Shown: positions 21,947-32,939 of the stretch, in pieces | Layout of the letters: every line of letters starts with the position of its first letter | How positions within the stretch are numbered: position 1 is the first letter of the stretch | Assembly: GCA_019828565.1 (NCBI GenBank) | Contig: JAHDYR010000005.1 | Span: 335,200 to 399,199 of the forward strand | Direction of reading: 5' to 3' | DNA: 64,000 nucleotides | Source of the DNA: Carpediemonas membranifera BICM | Taxonomy: Eukaryota > Protista > Fornicata | Made by a program: the position numbers and the translations under genes | The notes under the pieces: generated by a model | Told to the model about the DNA's origin: nothing | Database searches by the model: none | Seen by the model: only the letters and a program-made list of their open reading frames with translations

Positions 21947-22486
21947 ATGGCCGAAGGCGACACGGATAACGCTGATCCGCCGCCTGTCACCATGGAGAGC
22001 CTTGCTGAGCTCATACAACAGCAGCAGAACGTCATTACGGCACTCCGTTCGGAGGTTTCATCGGTTAAGGACAGTACACGGGACCCGAGACGCCCGTCTC
22101 GGATAGGAGCCGTTGCTAAGGAGTACGACCACCTCCGCGAGACACTTGCCGACATCAGAGGTATCCTCAACAACCCGGAGATGACGCGCGTCAACCAGAT
22201 CGAAGCCGCGATCGAGGCGGTCTTCGAGCGCAGACTCGAGTTCCTACGGCTATATGACAGCCACTCCGACACCGCTGCGCGCTACTTCATGGCTATTTCG
22301 AGAGAAGAACGAGACGCGCAACGCTTCGTAGTGCTGGCCGCCAAGGCGGCCAAGGCCACCCCACCGCCTCCTCGACCCAAGCGGTTCCAGAGAGGCTTCG
22401 GCGGCTTCAGCCGCAACTCTCCCCGCTTCAACAACAACAACCGTCGTGCCCCGGCAACCGACCTCGGACCGGGGCGGGCCCAGTAG
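21947..22486 (+). CDS. Element F gag-like ORF
   Basis: Coiled-coil; VAKEY...RLEFLRL shared with element I gag. Confidence 0.85.
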   Translation: MAEGDTDNADPPPVTMESLAELIQQQQNVITALRSEVSSVKDSTRDPRRPSRIGAVAKEYDHLRETLADIRGILNNPEMTRVNQIEAAIEAVFERRLEFLRLYDSHSDTAARYFMAISREERDAQRFVVLAAKAAKATPPPPRPKRFQRGFGGFSRNSPRFNNNNRRAPATDLGPGRAQ

Positions 22487-22515
22487 AGGCCAGAGAAGGG
22501 TTAAGCCTGAACCCG

Positions 22516-25500
22516 ATGACTATAAAAGGCTCGATATACTTCGAAGAGTTTGTTTGCAATGGAAAGAGAAGAAGCACAAGAAGATCAGCAAGACACCTCC
22601 ACCCAGTGTATACAGGGGCTGACGGGCTCGATGAGCCATCGGTGGATGAGGTGGGAGGCCCTCGGGGCCAGCAGGGAGGTGGTGCAACTGTTACGAGAGG
22701 GAGTGAAGGTCACCCCGGCAGCACCGGCGCTCAATGCGCACCTCCAGAAGGAGACAGACACGATGAAGGCTCTACTAGAGGAGCTACTGCAACAGAAAGC
22801 AATAGAGAAGGGCGAGGCGACGACAATATGCCCCCTGTTTACATTAGAGAAGAAGATCGCAGGCAGCTACCGTCTGATACACGACCTGAGACCGGTCAAT
22901 GCATACCAAGAGGACCTAACATTCAGGCTGAGGGGCCTAGCAGAGATACAGCATGGCGTTCCGAGAAACTCGTGGGGAATAACATTGGACATGAAGTCCG
23001 GGTACTACCAGCTCCTAGTGGAGGAGAACTCACGACAGGAACTCGGATTCTCGTTCGAGGGAGAACAATACAGATGGAGAGGACTCCCTTTCGGCCTCTC
23101 AACGGCGCCACGGCAGTTTCAGTCGGTTACGTCACAGATGGCGAAGATCTTGCGCTCACTTCTCGAAGGACTGATAATATACGTGTATCTGGACGATCTG
23201 CTCATAATCAGTCGCTCGAGAGTGTCGTTGAGCGCCCAGGTCCCACGGATCTTAGAGATCTTGGACTCACTTGGAGTCGTCCTATCGAGAGAGAAGTGCC
23301 ACTTGACCCCGTCCCAGAGGGTAACTTACTTGGGCGTGATAGTCGACTTGCGCGAGATGACGATGTCGCTGCCAGAGGAGAAGAGGGCTCAGTACAGCAG
23401 TCTCATAGCCAACCTGCAACTCAAGAGACACACAAAGCGGGACCTTCAGACCCTTCACGGAAAGCTACTCTTCTGCCGGTTCGCACTAGGGACGCGGGCA
23501 CTTGTCCGGCTCAGAGAGCTGCAGGTCAGGATCGCTGGCTGCGACGACCGAGTGCGGTACCCAAAGTCCAGCCTGCCCCAGGACCTACGAACGGACCTGC
23601 GGTGGTGGGCCAGACAGCTATCATCCGATCCGGCATGGTACTTCGGCCCAAGAGGCCAGGTACTTCGTATGGAGACCGACGCGTCGGACTATGCGTTCGG
23701 CGCGACGCTGTTTGTCGAAGACACGTCCCTCAACATCCAGGGCAGGTTCTCAGAGGCACAATGCTCCAAGAGCATCAACGCGAAGGAGCTATGGGCAATG
23801 GAGGAAGGCCTGCGGAGATGGACGAGCGACATTCAGGAGAGGGACCTACTCCTAGCCGGGGACAACACATCAGCGCTTTCATGGGTCCTGAAGTCAAGCA
23901 CCAGAGCCCCCCGACACATCAGAAGGACGATTGTGAAGCTTCACGACTACTTGTTCGAGATTGGCTGCAGGATAAGAACCAAGCACATTCCAGGGAGATA
24001 CAACACGACTGCCGACGGGCTGTCCAGGTACCGGAAGCTGGACTGGAACTCACCCGCGGCGATGCTCCAGAGCGCGCTGGAACGATGGGGGTCAGTAGAC
24101 CGATCACTCTTCTGCGCGGAGAGATTCCTGCCGGAGGACCACGACTTCCAGACGGACGCATTTACATGCAATTGGTCAGAGATGAGGTCATTGGCGGTCC
24201 CACCAGTCAGCCTACTGGACAAGGTCATCGCCAGGGCGGAGGAGATCGCCACGTCAGACGAGACGCACCCCGCACTGCAGCAGAGAGGCCTATTAGTCAT
24301 CGCACCACAACGCAGGACGAACTCCAACGCCAGACTGGCAGCCATAGCACAGGACTGGTTCGAGGCAGCGTTCCCGACCAGCTGGTGGGCCCACACGGAG
24401 ATAGGGAGCCTCTTCACAGGCAAGCAGAGAGCGACGTTCATAGCCTACTGGATCCCGATCGCCACAGAGACCTCGTCCTCACAGCCGGGGGAGTCCTGCA
24501 ACAGAGAGCGAGAGAACGTATCGCCAGCGGAAGACAGGAGGAGCACAGGTGGCGAAGAAGCCCCAGAGAGTTCGAGACAGGCCTCAGAGATCAGATACTC
24601 GGAGCAGCACTCATCAGGGACCGGGAACGGAGCACCCGAGAGCGCATAGCCGTGGAGACGGCAAAGTACATCAGTTTTGCAGAACGTATGATGGAGGAAG
24701 AGGAGGAAGCTGGAGAGAACAGAGACACGGTAGGAGCAAGGGCAGAAACAGCCGTTTTCCTGGGCGAGATGGCACAACGCATTAGGGACGCAGACTGGAG
24801 AGCAGAAGTCGAAGAGATCGCACAGATGGCGCCTGATGACGACTACCTCCTACACTACATGATACAAGAGATCCCTTTCATTGCCAAGGACACATTCCTC
24901 GTCAAGGAAGCAAATATCAGGACTGGCCTAGAGTCGATCAACCATGGTCTGGAGAGCTCACCCATCCACAGGGCTCTTATACGCGCGTGTGCAAGAATGG
25001 CCGGCAAGTGCGAGCTCACTGTGGGTCGTAAGACTGGAAAGGCATACCCGGTGACAGTCGAGCAGCTGAAGAGAGCAGCAGCCGCGGCGCGCAAGACCAA
25101 GTCACCGGCGCTCACGCAGGCAGTAGCCTTCGGACTGACGTGCTTCTCCACCGTCAGCAGATCAGGGGAGATAATGAGCTTACTCACGACCGACGTTCGG
25201 CGGGTGAGAGAGGGCTACGAGATCACTATTCGAAGATCCAAGACCAGGGATGAGCCCATGGTGAAGCTGATCCCACTACTAGCAGCAGGAGGCTTAAGCC
25301 CAGCCAAGTGGCTGAGAGCACACCTCAACGACATTCAGACGGAAGGACCCCTGTGGAGATCCATACAGCACACCGAGAGCCTGCTGAGAGACAACTGCCT
25401 TCCACTGACAGCAACAAGGTGGCGCAGATGGGAGATGATCATGGACGTCAACGAGGTCTTCAAGGCAACAGGACACAGCTTCAGACGTGGAGCCGTCGTT

Positions 25501-25632
25501 CACATGATCGATGAAGGGCGTTCCCCATTGGTTATTCAGGCACTAGGAGGCTGGAAGTCGATCGATTCGGTGAATAGATACTGTGAAGAGGCCATTCGAA
25601 TCTCACAGCATGCTCTGCAGAGAAGAACATAG
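22516..25632 (+). CDS. Element F YR ORF, overlapping RT
   Basis: 1038 codons from an ATG; SRSGEI, GHSFRRG, GGWKS...RY. Confidence 0.9.
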   Translation: MTIKGSIYFEEFVCNGKRRSTRRSARHLHPVYTGADGLDEPSVDEVGGPRGQQGGGATVTRGSEGHPGSTGAQCAPPEGDRHDEGSTRGATATESNREGRGDDNMPPVYIREEDRRQLPSDTRPETGQCIPRGPNIQAEGPSRDTAWRSEKLVGNNIGHEVRVLPAPSGGELTTGTRILVRGRTIQMERTPFRPLNGATAVSVGYVTDGEDLALTSRRTDNIRVSGRSAHNQSLESVVERPGPTDLRDLGLTWSRPIEREVPLDPVPEGNLLGRDSRLARDDDVAARGEEGSVQQSHSQPATQETHKAGPSDPSRKATLLPVRTRDAGTCPAQRAAGQDRWLRRPSAVPKVQPAPGPTNGPAVVGQTAIIRSGMVLRPKRPGTSYGDRRVGLCVRRDAVCRRHVPQHPGQVLRGTMLQEHQREGAMGNGGRPAEMDERHSGEGPTPSRGQHISAFMGPEVKHQSPPTHQKDDCEASRLLVRDWLQDKNQAHSREIQHDCRRAVQVPEAGLELTRGDAPERAGTMGVSRPITLLRGEIPAGGPRLPDGRIYMQLVRDEVIGGPTSQPTGQGHRQGGGDRHVRRDAPRTAAERPISHRTTTQDELQRQTGSHSTGLVRGSVPDQLVGPHGDREPLHRQAESDVHSLLDPDRHRDLVLTAGGVLQQRARERIASGRQEEHRWRRSPREFETGLRDQILGAALIRDRERSTRERIAVETAKYISFAERMMEEEEEAGENRDTVGARAETAVFLGEMAQRIRDADWRAEVEEIAQMAPDDDYLLHYMIQEIPFIAKDTFLVKEANIRTGLESINHGLESSPIHRALIRACARMAGKCELTVGRKTGKAYPVTVEQLKRAAAAARKTKSPALTQAVAFGLTCFSTVSRSGEIMSLLTTDVRRVREGYEITIRRSKTRDEPMVKLIPLLAAGGLSPAKWLRAHLNDIQTEGPLWRSIQHTESLLRDNCLPLTATRWRRWEMIMDVNEVFKATGHSFRRGAVVHMIDEGRSPLVIQALGGWKSIDSVNRYCEEAIRISQHALQRRT
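22559..24649 (+). CDS. Element F RT-RNaseH-MT
   Basis: YLDD; TDASDY, INAKEL, ADGLSR; MT-like WGSVD...DAF..NW....AVPP. Confidence 0.93.
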   Translation: MEREEAQEDQQDTSTQCIQGLTGSMSHRWMRWEALGASREVVQLLREGVKVTPAAPALNAHLQKETDTMKALLEELLQQKAIEKGEATTICPLFTLEKKIAGSYRLIHDLRPVNAYQEDLTFRLRGLAEIQHGVPRNSWGITLDMKSGYYQLLVEENSRQELGFSFEGEQYRWRGLPFGLSTAPRQFQSVTSQMAKILRSLLEGLIIYVYLDDLLIISRSRVSLSAQVPRILEILDSLGVVLSREKCHLTPSQRVTYLGVIVDLREMTMSLPEEKRAQYSSLIANLQLKRHTKRDLQTLHGKLLFCRFALGTRALVRLRELQVRIAGCDDRVRYPKSSLPQDLRTDLRWWARQLSSDPAWYFGPRGQVLRMETDASDYAFGATLFVEDTSLNIQGRFSEAQCSKSINAKELWAMEEGLRRWTSDIQERDLLLAGDNTSALSWVLKSSTRAPRHIRRTIVKLHDYLFEIGCRIRTKHIPGRYNTTADGLSRYRKLDWNSPAAMLQSALERWGSVDRSLFCAERFLPEDHDFQTDAFTCNWSEMRSLAVPPVSLLDKVIARAEEIATSDETHPALQQRGLLVIAPQRRTNSNARLAAIAQDWFEAAFPTSWWAHTEIGSLFTGKQRATFIAYWIPIATETSSSQPGESCNRERENVSPAEDRRSTGGEEAPESSRQASEIRYSEQHSSGTGNGAPESA

Positions 25633-26310
25633 AATATAGGACATAAGAGAGCATTGTAGCGATAAAGGGAGATGAAACGGAACGAGGGGAAAAGAATCAG
25701 GCAAGAGTTAGAGAAATGGATGTTTCTCGGATTCGGAACAGGAATTACATATGCCACGTATAACCGGCACAGAAGGTCATAAGTGCAGTAGAGGAAGGCT
25801 CAGGGGTACCATCGCAAGGTTAGATGGCGGGATGCATCAATTTGGAATAGTCGATTATCGTCGACCAAATGGTCGGCATATCATCGATATGTAAGCTATC
25901 ACGCCTCGGGCGTGGCTCACGCCCTGACACTGCTGGGTCAGGGTGTGTCAGAACAGGATTCCGGAGACACGAGAAAGATGGACAGAATATTTAGAAAATC
26001 TCGAAAGATATGATTGTGGATACGGTCTTGATCCGTCCCGATCGCGAGCAGATCGTATCCCTCCAGCAGAAACCGTGAGGATGGCCGAAGGCGACACGGA
26101 TGACGGGCCAAGGCCGCCAAACGGAATATAAATTTGATTAGATCAATTTGGAATAGTCGATTATCGTCGACCAAATGGTCGTTGGCAAGGCCAGCGGAGC
26201 CAAAACTTCGGCGCGAGAGGTCGAGGATGATTCGATACGATCTCAAAGACGGGATCGTGCGTCTCATAAGGGCGGTTCAGTTGTTCAAGAGCGAACTGAA
26301 ACAGATGGGA

Positions 26311-26412
26311 TGTGGGTTCGTGAGAACAAAGCTTTACAAAGAATAGAGCTCGACACCCATGTGTCGAGCTGGACGACTCAAGACTATTAAATAATCTATT
26401 GATGAACCAACA
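26311..26412 (-). repeat. 3' LTR (102 bp)
   Basis: TG...CA; copy at 32342-32443; internal hairpin AGCTCGACAC-4-GTGTCGAGCT. Confidence 0.95.
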
Positions 26413-27176
26413 CTTCCCTCCCATGCTCCGGTAGAGCATCAAAAAACTCAACACTATTATGAAGGGTGTGCTAGGTGCTTGGTCCGGGTGAATTGCCCAG
26501 ATACAAGCTCCAGTAACCGTCGCTTCCATGGGGACTCGCCATGGAGCCGGAGTTGGCAATGGACTAAGCCCTATTGCCTGAACCGTTGTGAGCTCGGGAC
26601 TTTCGAGTTCATCGGATACCCGTTGACCAGACTGGCTATAAAAACCCTGTGTCTTATGCCCGGCGTGATGTCCAGTCACGTTTCTGAGATATGCTTACCT
26701 CACTACCAAATCTAAATTACCTAATATTATCTGATCAAATCTTGCGTGGTACCACTGTATTAGCGCGCTATGTTATGGGTATCCTTACCTGGGGTCCTGC
26801 CCTCTTGAAAGTCTTTGAAACATACCCGACGATTCTGAAAGGGTCAAATGGCGCACTTTTAGGTGCCATCGATGTCCCCATGTCAATTCTTACCAGAGGT
26901 TGGTTACATTCCGCCTAATCTTACACGGCGTTCAAAAAACGGGTTAAGAGGCTCCAATTCCTTCTCGTTCGCGAGATATGGCACTTTTTCGTTTTGCACC
27001 GCCGGAAACACTTTTTGGATCCCGAAAACGCGGCTATATTGAATAACAACATCAGTTCCACCATGTAAACAACTCTATGTTCCACTTCTGAACAGCATTG
27101 TTGCGTAACCATTGCGTTTCATCGATTTCGCATTTTTTGCTTTCTGGAAAGTCGACTTTCTAGACGATCACAGCTC

Positions 27177-28298
27177 ATGGGGGATTTCGACGCCGCTGTG
27201 GAAACTATTCTAAATCGTCTTACGACTAACACTTCGAGAATGCAATTTTGCCGTCTCCTCCGTCGCCATATCTCTGAAACTGGTTCCTACCTCGAGCTGT
27301 TCACCCCTTACCAGCCGCGACGTGCTCCTAGGCGCCAAAACGTCCCTAATGTCCCAGAGGAACTTGCTGGCGCCGTAACCAGTTCTGCATCTGACAGCGA
27401 GAGCGTTAACGCCGTCGACCTACGCTACCTTCCGGCTTCTCCTGACCCAACCGACAATGAGTCTGACTCCGAGTCGGACGACACCCCGCCATCCCTCTCT
27501 GGCTACGTGGAACTCGTCACCCGGCAGGCAGTCAGCTACTACTGGAACTCTCCCCGGACTGAGTTACTGCTGCTCACCGACAACCGGCTGCACTCTTACA
27601 CCCGCGCTTCCGCTGCAGTGCACTCGCATGACGCCGGCGCTGATCTCTGCCGTGACGCTATCGTACTCCAGGCGATGTCGGCTTACCTCTCCATACGTCG
27701 CGATTCGACTGATGCTGCCATCGTTTCAGCCTACCTCACTGCTGTTCGAGACAAACGCGCGTATGTGCCGAACGCGCTCAAGCAAGAGATCGAGAATCGC
27801 TCTGGCCTCAGCATCGTCACCATGCGTCCTCATGTCTTCCGTGCTGTCATGCTCGGCCACGATGTCAACCTATATTTTGTGCTGCACATGGGAGAGGCCC
27901 TCGGTATCCTCACCCGCGCTGATTGCGCTGAGTTCGCTCGTCAGTACTTCGCTCGCATGCGTAGCGGCGCTTCCTTCGACGACGCAGAGTTCAGTCTTCT
28001 GTCAGGCTTCATGCCGGTTACTGCTGACCGCGCCCCGTCGCTGACTCTGCAAGACATGACTTCTGCAGCCTTCACGGTCTCGCGTGTTTGGCATTATCGT
28101 TTTGACGCCCCTGGTCTTCTGCGCCTGCATGTCAGTTATGAGGAATGCCCCAATGTGAGCAGCATTGCCATCGCTACTCGGCGCATGCAGACTCACCCTG
28201 CCGTTGCCCAGTTCCTCACTGAGCATCTGTCTTACGAGTCTTACCTCGCCGACGACGTTGCCCTCGATGGTAACGTCCGTTGTGACACTTGCGAATAA
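27177..28298 (+). CDS. Antisense accessory ORF of the gypsy element, unknown function
   Basis: 373 aa ATG-to-stop, convergent with pol, inside the LTRs; chromo-like C-terminus. Confidence 0.75.
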   Translation: MGDFDAAVETILNRLTTNTSRMQFCRLLRRHISETGSYLELFTPYQPRRAPRRQNVPNVPEELAGAVTSSASDSESVNAVDLRYLPASPDPTDNESDSESDDTPPSLSGYVELVTRQAVSYYWNSPRTELLLLTDNRLHSYTRASAAVHSHDAGADLCRDAIVLQAMSAYLSIRRDSTDAAIVSAYLTAVRDKRAYVPNALKQEIENRSGLSIVTMRPHVFRAVMLGHDVNLYFVLHMGEALGILTRADCAEFARQYFARMRSGASFDDAEFSLLSGFMPVTADRAPSLTLQDMTSAAFTVSRVWHYRFDAPGLLRLHVSYEECPNVSSIAIATRRMQTHPAVAQFLTEHLSYESYLADDVALDGNVRCDTCE

Positions 28299-28323
28299 AC
28301 AGTTTCTGATGCTTGGGGGCCAT

Positions 28324-31300
28324 TTATTCGGCCTTCCCCAGATATATATCCAACGCTTCGCATCCCTTAACGTTCTGGTACGGCTCCCACGTATCTTCCG
28401 AAGGCTCGTACCCTGCCCATCGGACGTGGAACTGCCGATCGCTGAGTCTGCGCTCATGCGTTGCTTCGTATATCGACTCCACGACATACTCGCCGATCGT
28501 CACTGCTGCTAGCTCTTGGGCATGTTGCATGGACAGCTCGCCTGAAAATGGTCTGACCCTCTCGGACGCGACCTGGAATTCGGTCCTCGTATTGACATCT
28601 CTAACCCAGTAACCAACAGGAAAGTCATTCCTCATGATAGGCTGGATCAGTTGCATGGGGCCTCGCCACCCTGCAGCCAACTTTGATGGTGGCCCATTCG
28701 GGTATTTGACCAATACAAACTCAGACGTAATTGGTTCAGGAGGGGGCAGCTTGCTGAGAGCGTCAGCGTGCATTGCCTTAATACGTGCTTCAGCGAGCTC
28801 TCGAGCGAGTTTGGCAGCAGCTACGTTGCTCGCTGGTTGGCTGACCGCCTTCTCACCCAGTTCTTTGACGATTAGCATGTCGGCCGGTACGCGCAGATCA
28901 CTACCAAAAATCACCTCTGCTGGGGTTAAACGCGTTGCTGAGTGTGGTGTCGCGTTGACAATGTACTGTGCGACTGGCAACGACTCCGACCACAGCTCCG
29001 ACCTCAGCTCGTACTGCCGCGCCCTCAGAATACGCTCGACTCTGCTGTTCGCTCGTTCGACCACTCCATTTGACTGTGGATGATATGGAGTGGTTGTATG
29101 GATTGAAAAGCCAACTCGGACGGACAAGTCCTTGAACAGCTTGTTGACAAACTGCTTGCCTCCGTCTGTTTGGAGGACTCGAGGGACTCCATACCTGAGT
29201 ATCCACTGGTCAGCAAATGCTCTGACAGCTTCGTCGGCTCTCGTTGTCTTCAGCGGAATGAGCTCGGTCCACCTCGAAGCCATATCGACTACTACTAAAA
29301 TGAACTTGTATCCGAGCGACTCGGGCAACGGACCGATAGTGTCCATTGCTACCTTCATGAACGGCCTGAGTCCGGCTGTATGTAAGTATGCCCTGGCGGC
29401 TTCAGCTGGTTTTTGCTGTGAGTTGACATACCGGACATCTGTCGATCACCCTCGCCACCTGATCCACGGGCGCCCTCTTGCCATGTGTCCTCAAGAATTG
29501 TATCGTGGTATGCAGTGGCAGGTGAGCTTGCCCGTGTCTGTGTGCCTCAGCTATCTCCGTCTCAGACGCCACTGGCAACCGATCTGCCGATGCCGCAAAC
29601 ACGCGACTGAGACCATCGGCTGCACTGTTATCCACTCCGGCCACATGTTTGATCGTGAAATCAAGATCAGATATTGATTCGTACCACCGTTGAACCTTGG
29701 AGTTGGAAGAACGCGACATAAACACAAGATTGCGATGATCAGTCAGCAATGTGAATGGTGTCCAACACAAGAACCTGCGCCACCTCTGCAACGCGGAAAC
29801 GATTGCATACGCCTCCTGTTCAATTGTGCTCCATCTCGTCTGCACATCGTTGAAAGACTTGGACATGTATGACACCGGCTTACCGTCTTGTAGCAACACT
29901 CCGCCAATTCCAAGGTCTGACGCGTCAGTCATGACGACGTGCTCACGGGTAACATCGAAGTGTTCGAGGGCGGGAGCCTGACACAGCAGATCTTTGACCT
30001 GCGCCAAAGCCTCGACCTGATCGCTGCCGTCGGGAGGTGCCTTGCCACACGCGGCTTGAGCTAAAGGGTGCACGATCCTCGAAAAACCTGGCACAAAATC
30101 TCTCATGAAGTTCAAGAATCCCATTAGGGCTTGAGCGGCCTTCTTCGTCTTCGGGACACGCAGCGTCTCAACATCCCGAATGCGGTCTGGCGCAATTCTA
30201 AATCCTGTACCCGACACCACCCAGCCTAAGAACTCGACTTCTGCGAGTCCAAAGTGTGACTTCTCCTTGTTGAGGCTGAGTTTCAACTCTTCGGCCCTCG
30301 CCAACACCTTGTTCAAGTTGGACAAGTACTCTTGCTCTGTGCGGCCGAAAATTATAATGTCGTCAATATATATGATACACGCGGTACCAAGTAGATCGTG
30401 GAATCCCCGTTCAATTGCAAACTGGAAATGCGCCCCAGCGTTTTTCAATCCAAACGGCATGCCCGTATACTGGAACTTGCCTCGTGGGGTCTGGAACGCA
30501 GTGTATTGTCTCGACCTTTCGGACAACTTGACTTGATGATAACCCTTCGAAAGGTCAATCGTGGCGAAGATCTTAGCTCCTGCCAACCGTGCGAGGCACG
30601 CTTGAACCTCTGGGATCGGGTAATCAAACGGCTCAGTCAGGTCGTTGATCCTTCTGAAATCGACAACCATACGAGTTCTGTCTCGGCCCTTCGGGACGAG
30701 GAGAGCTGGGGACGAGTACGGAGAGAAACTCGCCTCAATATACTTCTTGGCTAACAGCTCCCGGACGTGCTCATCAAACAGACCCTGCTTCTGGTGAGGG
30801 ATGTAATTTGACCTGGACGCTACTACTCGGTCCTCCTTCAAGATCAGGTCATAAGGCTCTAAGGCAGAAAACCCCTCACGCTCCTCGAAGCAACGGCTGA
30901 ACTTGGCGATGATTCGCGCATGCATCGCTGTAAAATCTGTTGACATAGTGTAGGACTGCATCGCGTCCATTGGGGGGACGGACGGTTCCATATCGTCAGA
31001 GTCCCGGCTCGCTTGAGATTCCGCGACACTGGGCAGGATGCCCCACTCAACCATCGTTGGGTACGACAATAGAAGGTCGTAGATGCATTCAACTCCGTAT
31101 GCGGCGACAGTAGTCGACAGTGCCTTTGGAGTGAAAGGTGACTTATGCATGAGAAGGGGAATCTCATAGCAAACGTCGGACTCAATAGATCCCCCTGGAG
31201 TCTTGATGACGATAGGTTGACTGAGCTTCGTCGGAATAAGTTCAGCAGCGGTTGCCGACTGGGGGTTCACCAAGCAAATATCCGCCCCGCAGTCGAAAAG

Positions 31301-32326
31301 TACACGCTCCCATTGCACACTGTGATCATTACCGACCGGAACCTCTGCTGTTACTATCGGGAGCGCGTTGCTGTGTGTCTGACTCAACGATGTCAGGACA
31401 TGAGCGGGTGCACGAGAAAAGGATGAACAAGCCTGGGGGTTTACTGAAGTACCCCGACAGAACTTGTCTTGATGTCCCTGCTTACCGCACTTGCTGCAGA
31501 CAGTCTTCGGGTTCCGACACTGGCGCGATGTGTGACCGGACTTGCCGCAGTTGTAGCACACGATGGTACGGCTGGTGCTCTGATGATCGGTGCTTGAGCC
31601 GGTCTGCTGACTTCTCTGCATTTCAGACTGGGCTCCCCGGTACTGGTGCTTGCCATGAGACTGGTGCTCACCCGGGTGAGGCGGGCCGCCCTGTCGGCGC
31701 AGACCTCGAGAATGGCTTGCGCGCTGGTCCTTAGGAGGGCGGTTTCGAGGCTGAGAATCGGACTTGATGGTCCTGGAAGTAATCATCGCAGCCTCTTGGA
31801 GACGCTTGCACGTCTGGAGAGCGACCTGGATGGTGCTGTTAAGGTCAAGCCCTGTAGCCGCCTCCTTGACCTCCCTACGGAGGTCCTCGTCCTGGATTCC
31901 CTTCACGAACATGCTGCGCATCACGGCGTCGGAGAAAGAGGGAGCCAAGACGGCCTTGCGGCTGATGAATCTGTCGGCATAGAGTGAGAGACGTCCCACG
32001 TCAATACCCTGGGTCGTTAGCTGGAAAAGACGGCGCTCTAGGATCGGATCAGTGGGCTTAATTGCGTTAGCAATCGCTCTGAAAACGAGGTCCTCTCTCT
32101 CATGTTTCTTACGCTTCTCGCCCGTCACTGTGTTGTGCTTCGCGCTCTTGTACGTCTTGGCTACGTCTACACCAACTGCTGCACAGTATGAGGTGACAGC
32201 CGGACCCAAACGCTTGATAAGTCGGCGTTTTCCGCCCGTTCGGACATGGCGATCGAGTTTCTCCTTAAACGAAAGCAGAGCATTAATCTCTGGTTGAGTA
32301 CATAACGGACCCTTGTCCTCAGTCAT
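28324..32326 (-). CDS. Gag-Pol (gag, PR, RT, RH, IN, chromodomain), one frameshift at an A5 run near 29412
   Basis: Two zinc knuckles, FDCGA, YIDD, TDAS, HHCC, DTIGP..TDGG..QSNGVVER, WRGP, VRWAGYEPSEDTWEP. Confidence 0.95.
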
Positions 32327-32341
32327 TGTAAGTAACGTTAC

Positions 32342-32443
32342 TGTGGGTTCGTGAGAACAAAGCTTTCCAAAGAATAGAGCTCGACACCCATGTGTCGAGC
32401 TGGACGACTCAAGACTATTAAATAATCTATTGATGAACCAACA
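32342..32443 (-). repeat. 5' LTR (102 bp)
   Basis: Copy of 26311-26412. Confidence 0.95.
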
Positions 32444-32939
32444 GGGAGACGCCGCCCAAGAGATCGCAGAGCTCAAAGCCACCGTTCAACAGCTTCAAGA
32501 CGCATTTACTGCCGGCGGCAACGTCCGAGAGACAGTAGATCTGCTTCGGCAAGAGACCACCATGACTTGGAAGCGTCCTGCTTCATCCACTATGCGCGAA
32601 GAGGCGGAGTTCCTCGAGGAGATCTACCGCAGCTTCAAGTTCAATCGAATCAGTGGCTTCGCCGTACTCGCTCGCATCTTCCTCCGTCACCGAGTCCTAT
32701 GGGTGAAGGACCGCTACGGCTACCTAGCCGCCTCTGCTGTCTCCACCGCGGGCATGGCCGCCCTTGCCGAGCGCCACGAGATGAACGAGACGGAGATCGA
32801 GACTCTCGTCCTCCGCACCCTGTCCAAGATCCCCCGCCTGACCGAGAAGAACACCAAGCCCGGCACCGGACATGACGGCGGCAACCGGGGTTTTCACGGG
32901 AAGAAGCCGAAGCGCGCCGGCACGAAGAACTCAAACTAA
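32444..32939 (+). pseudogene. Element G gag (ATG displaced to 26305 by the gypsy insertion)
   Basis: WKRPAS..M.EEAEFLE shared with H gag. Confidence 0.88.

Larger units (their letters stand above)
21742..26181 (+). mobile_element. Complete PAT-like YR retrotransposon F with split direct repeats
   Basis: A1 21742-21967 ~ A2 25876-26101 (226 bp, 3 mismatches seen); B1 25836-25875 = B2 26142-26181. Confidence 0.95.
26311..32443 (-). mobile_element. Full-length chromodomain-bearing Ty3/gypsy element inserted just after the gag ATG of G
   Basis: 102-bp LTRs with one mismatch, 4-bp TSD GGGA, PPT GGGAGGGAAG; removal restores ATG GGA GAC GCC. Confidence 0.96.

Noticed and set aside
29402-29416. Programmed frameshift inside gypsy integrase (also breaks at ~20015 and ~42170)
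   Set aside because: Single-base indels in homopolymers within conserved domains; mutation or sequencing error is more likely
32430-32482. ORF-track starts at 32430 (+) and 32482 (-)
   Set aside because: They read through the LTR; real starts are 26305 (G gag) and 32326 (gypsy gag)
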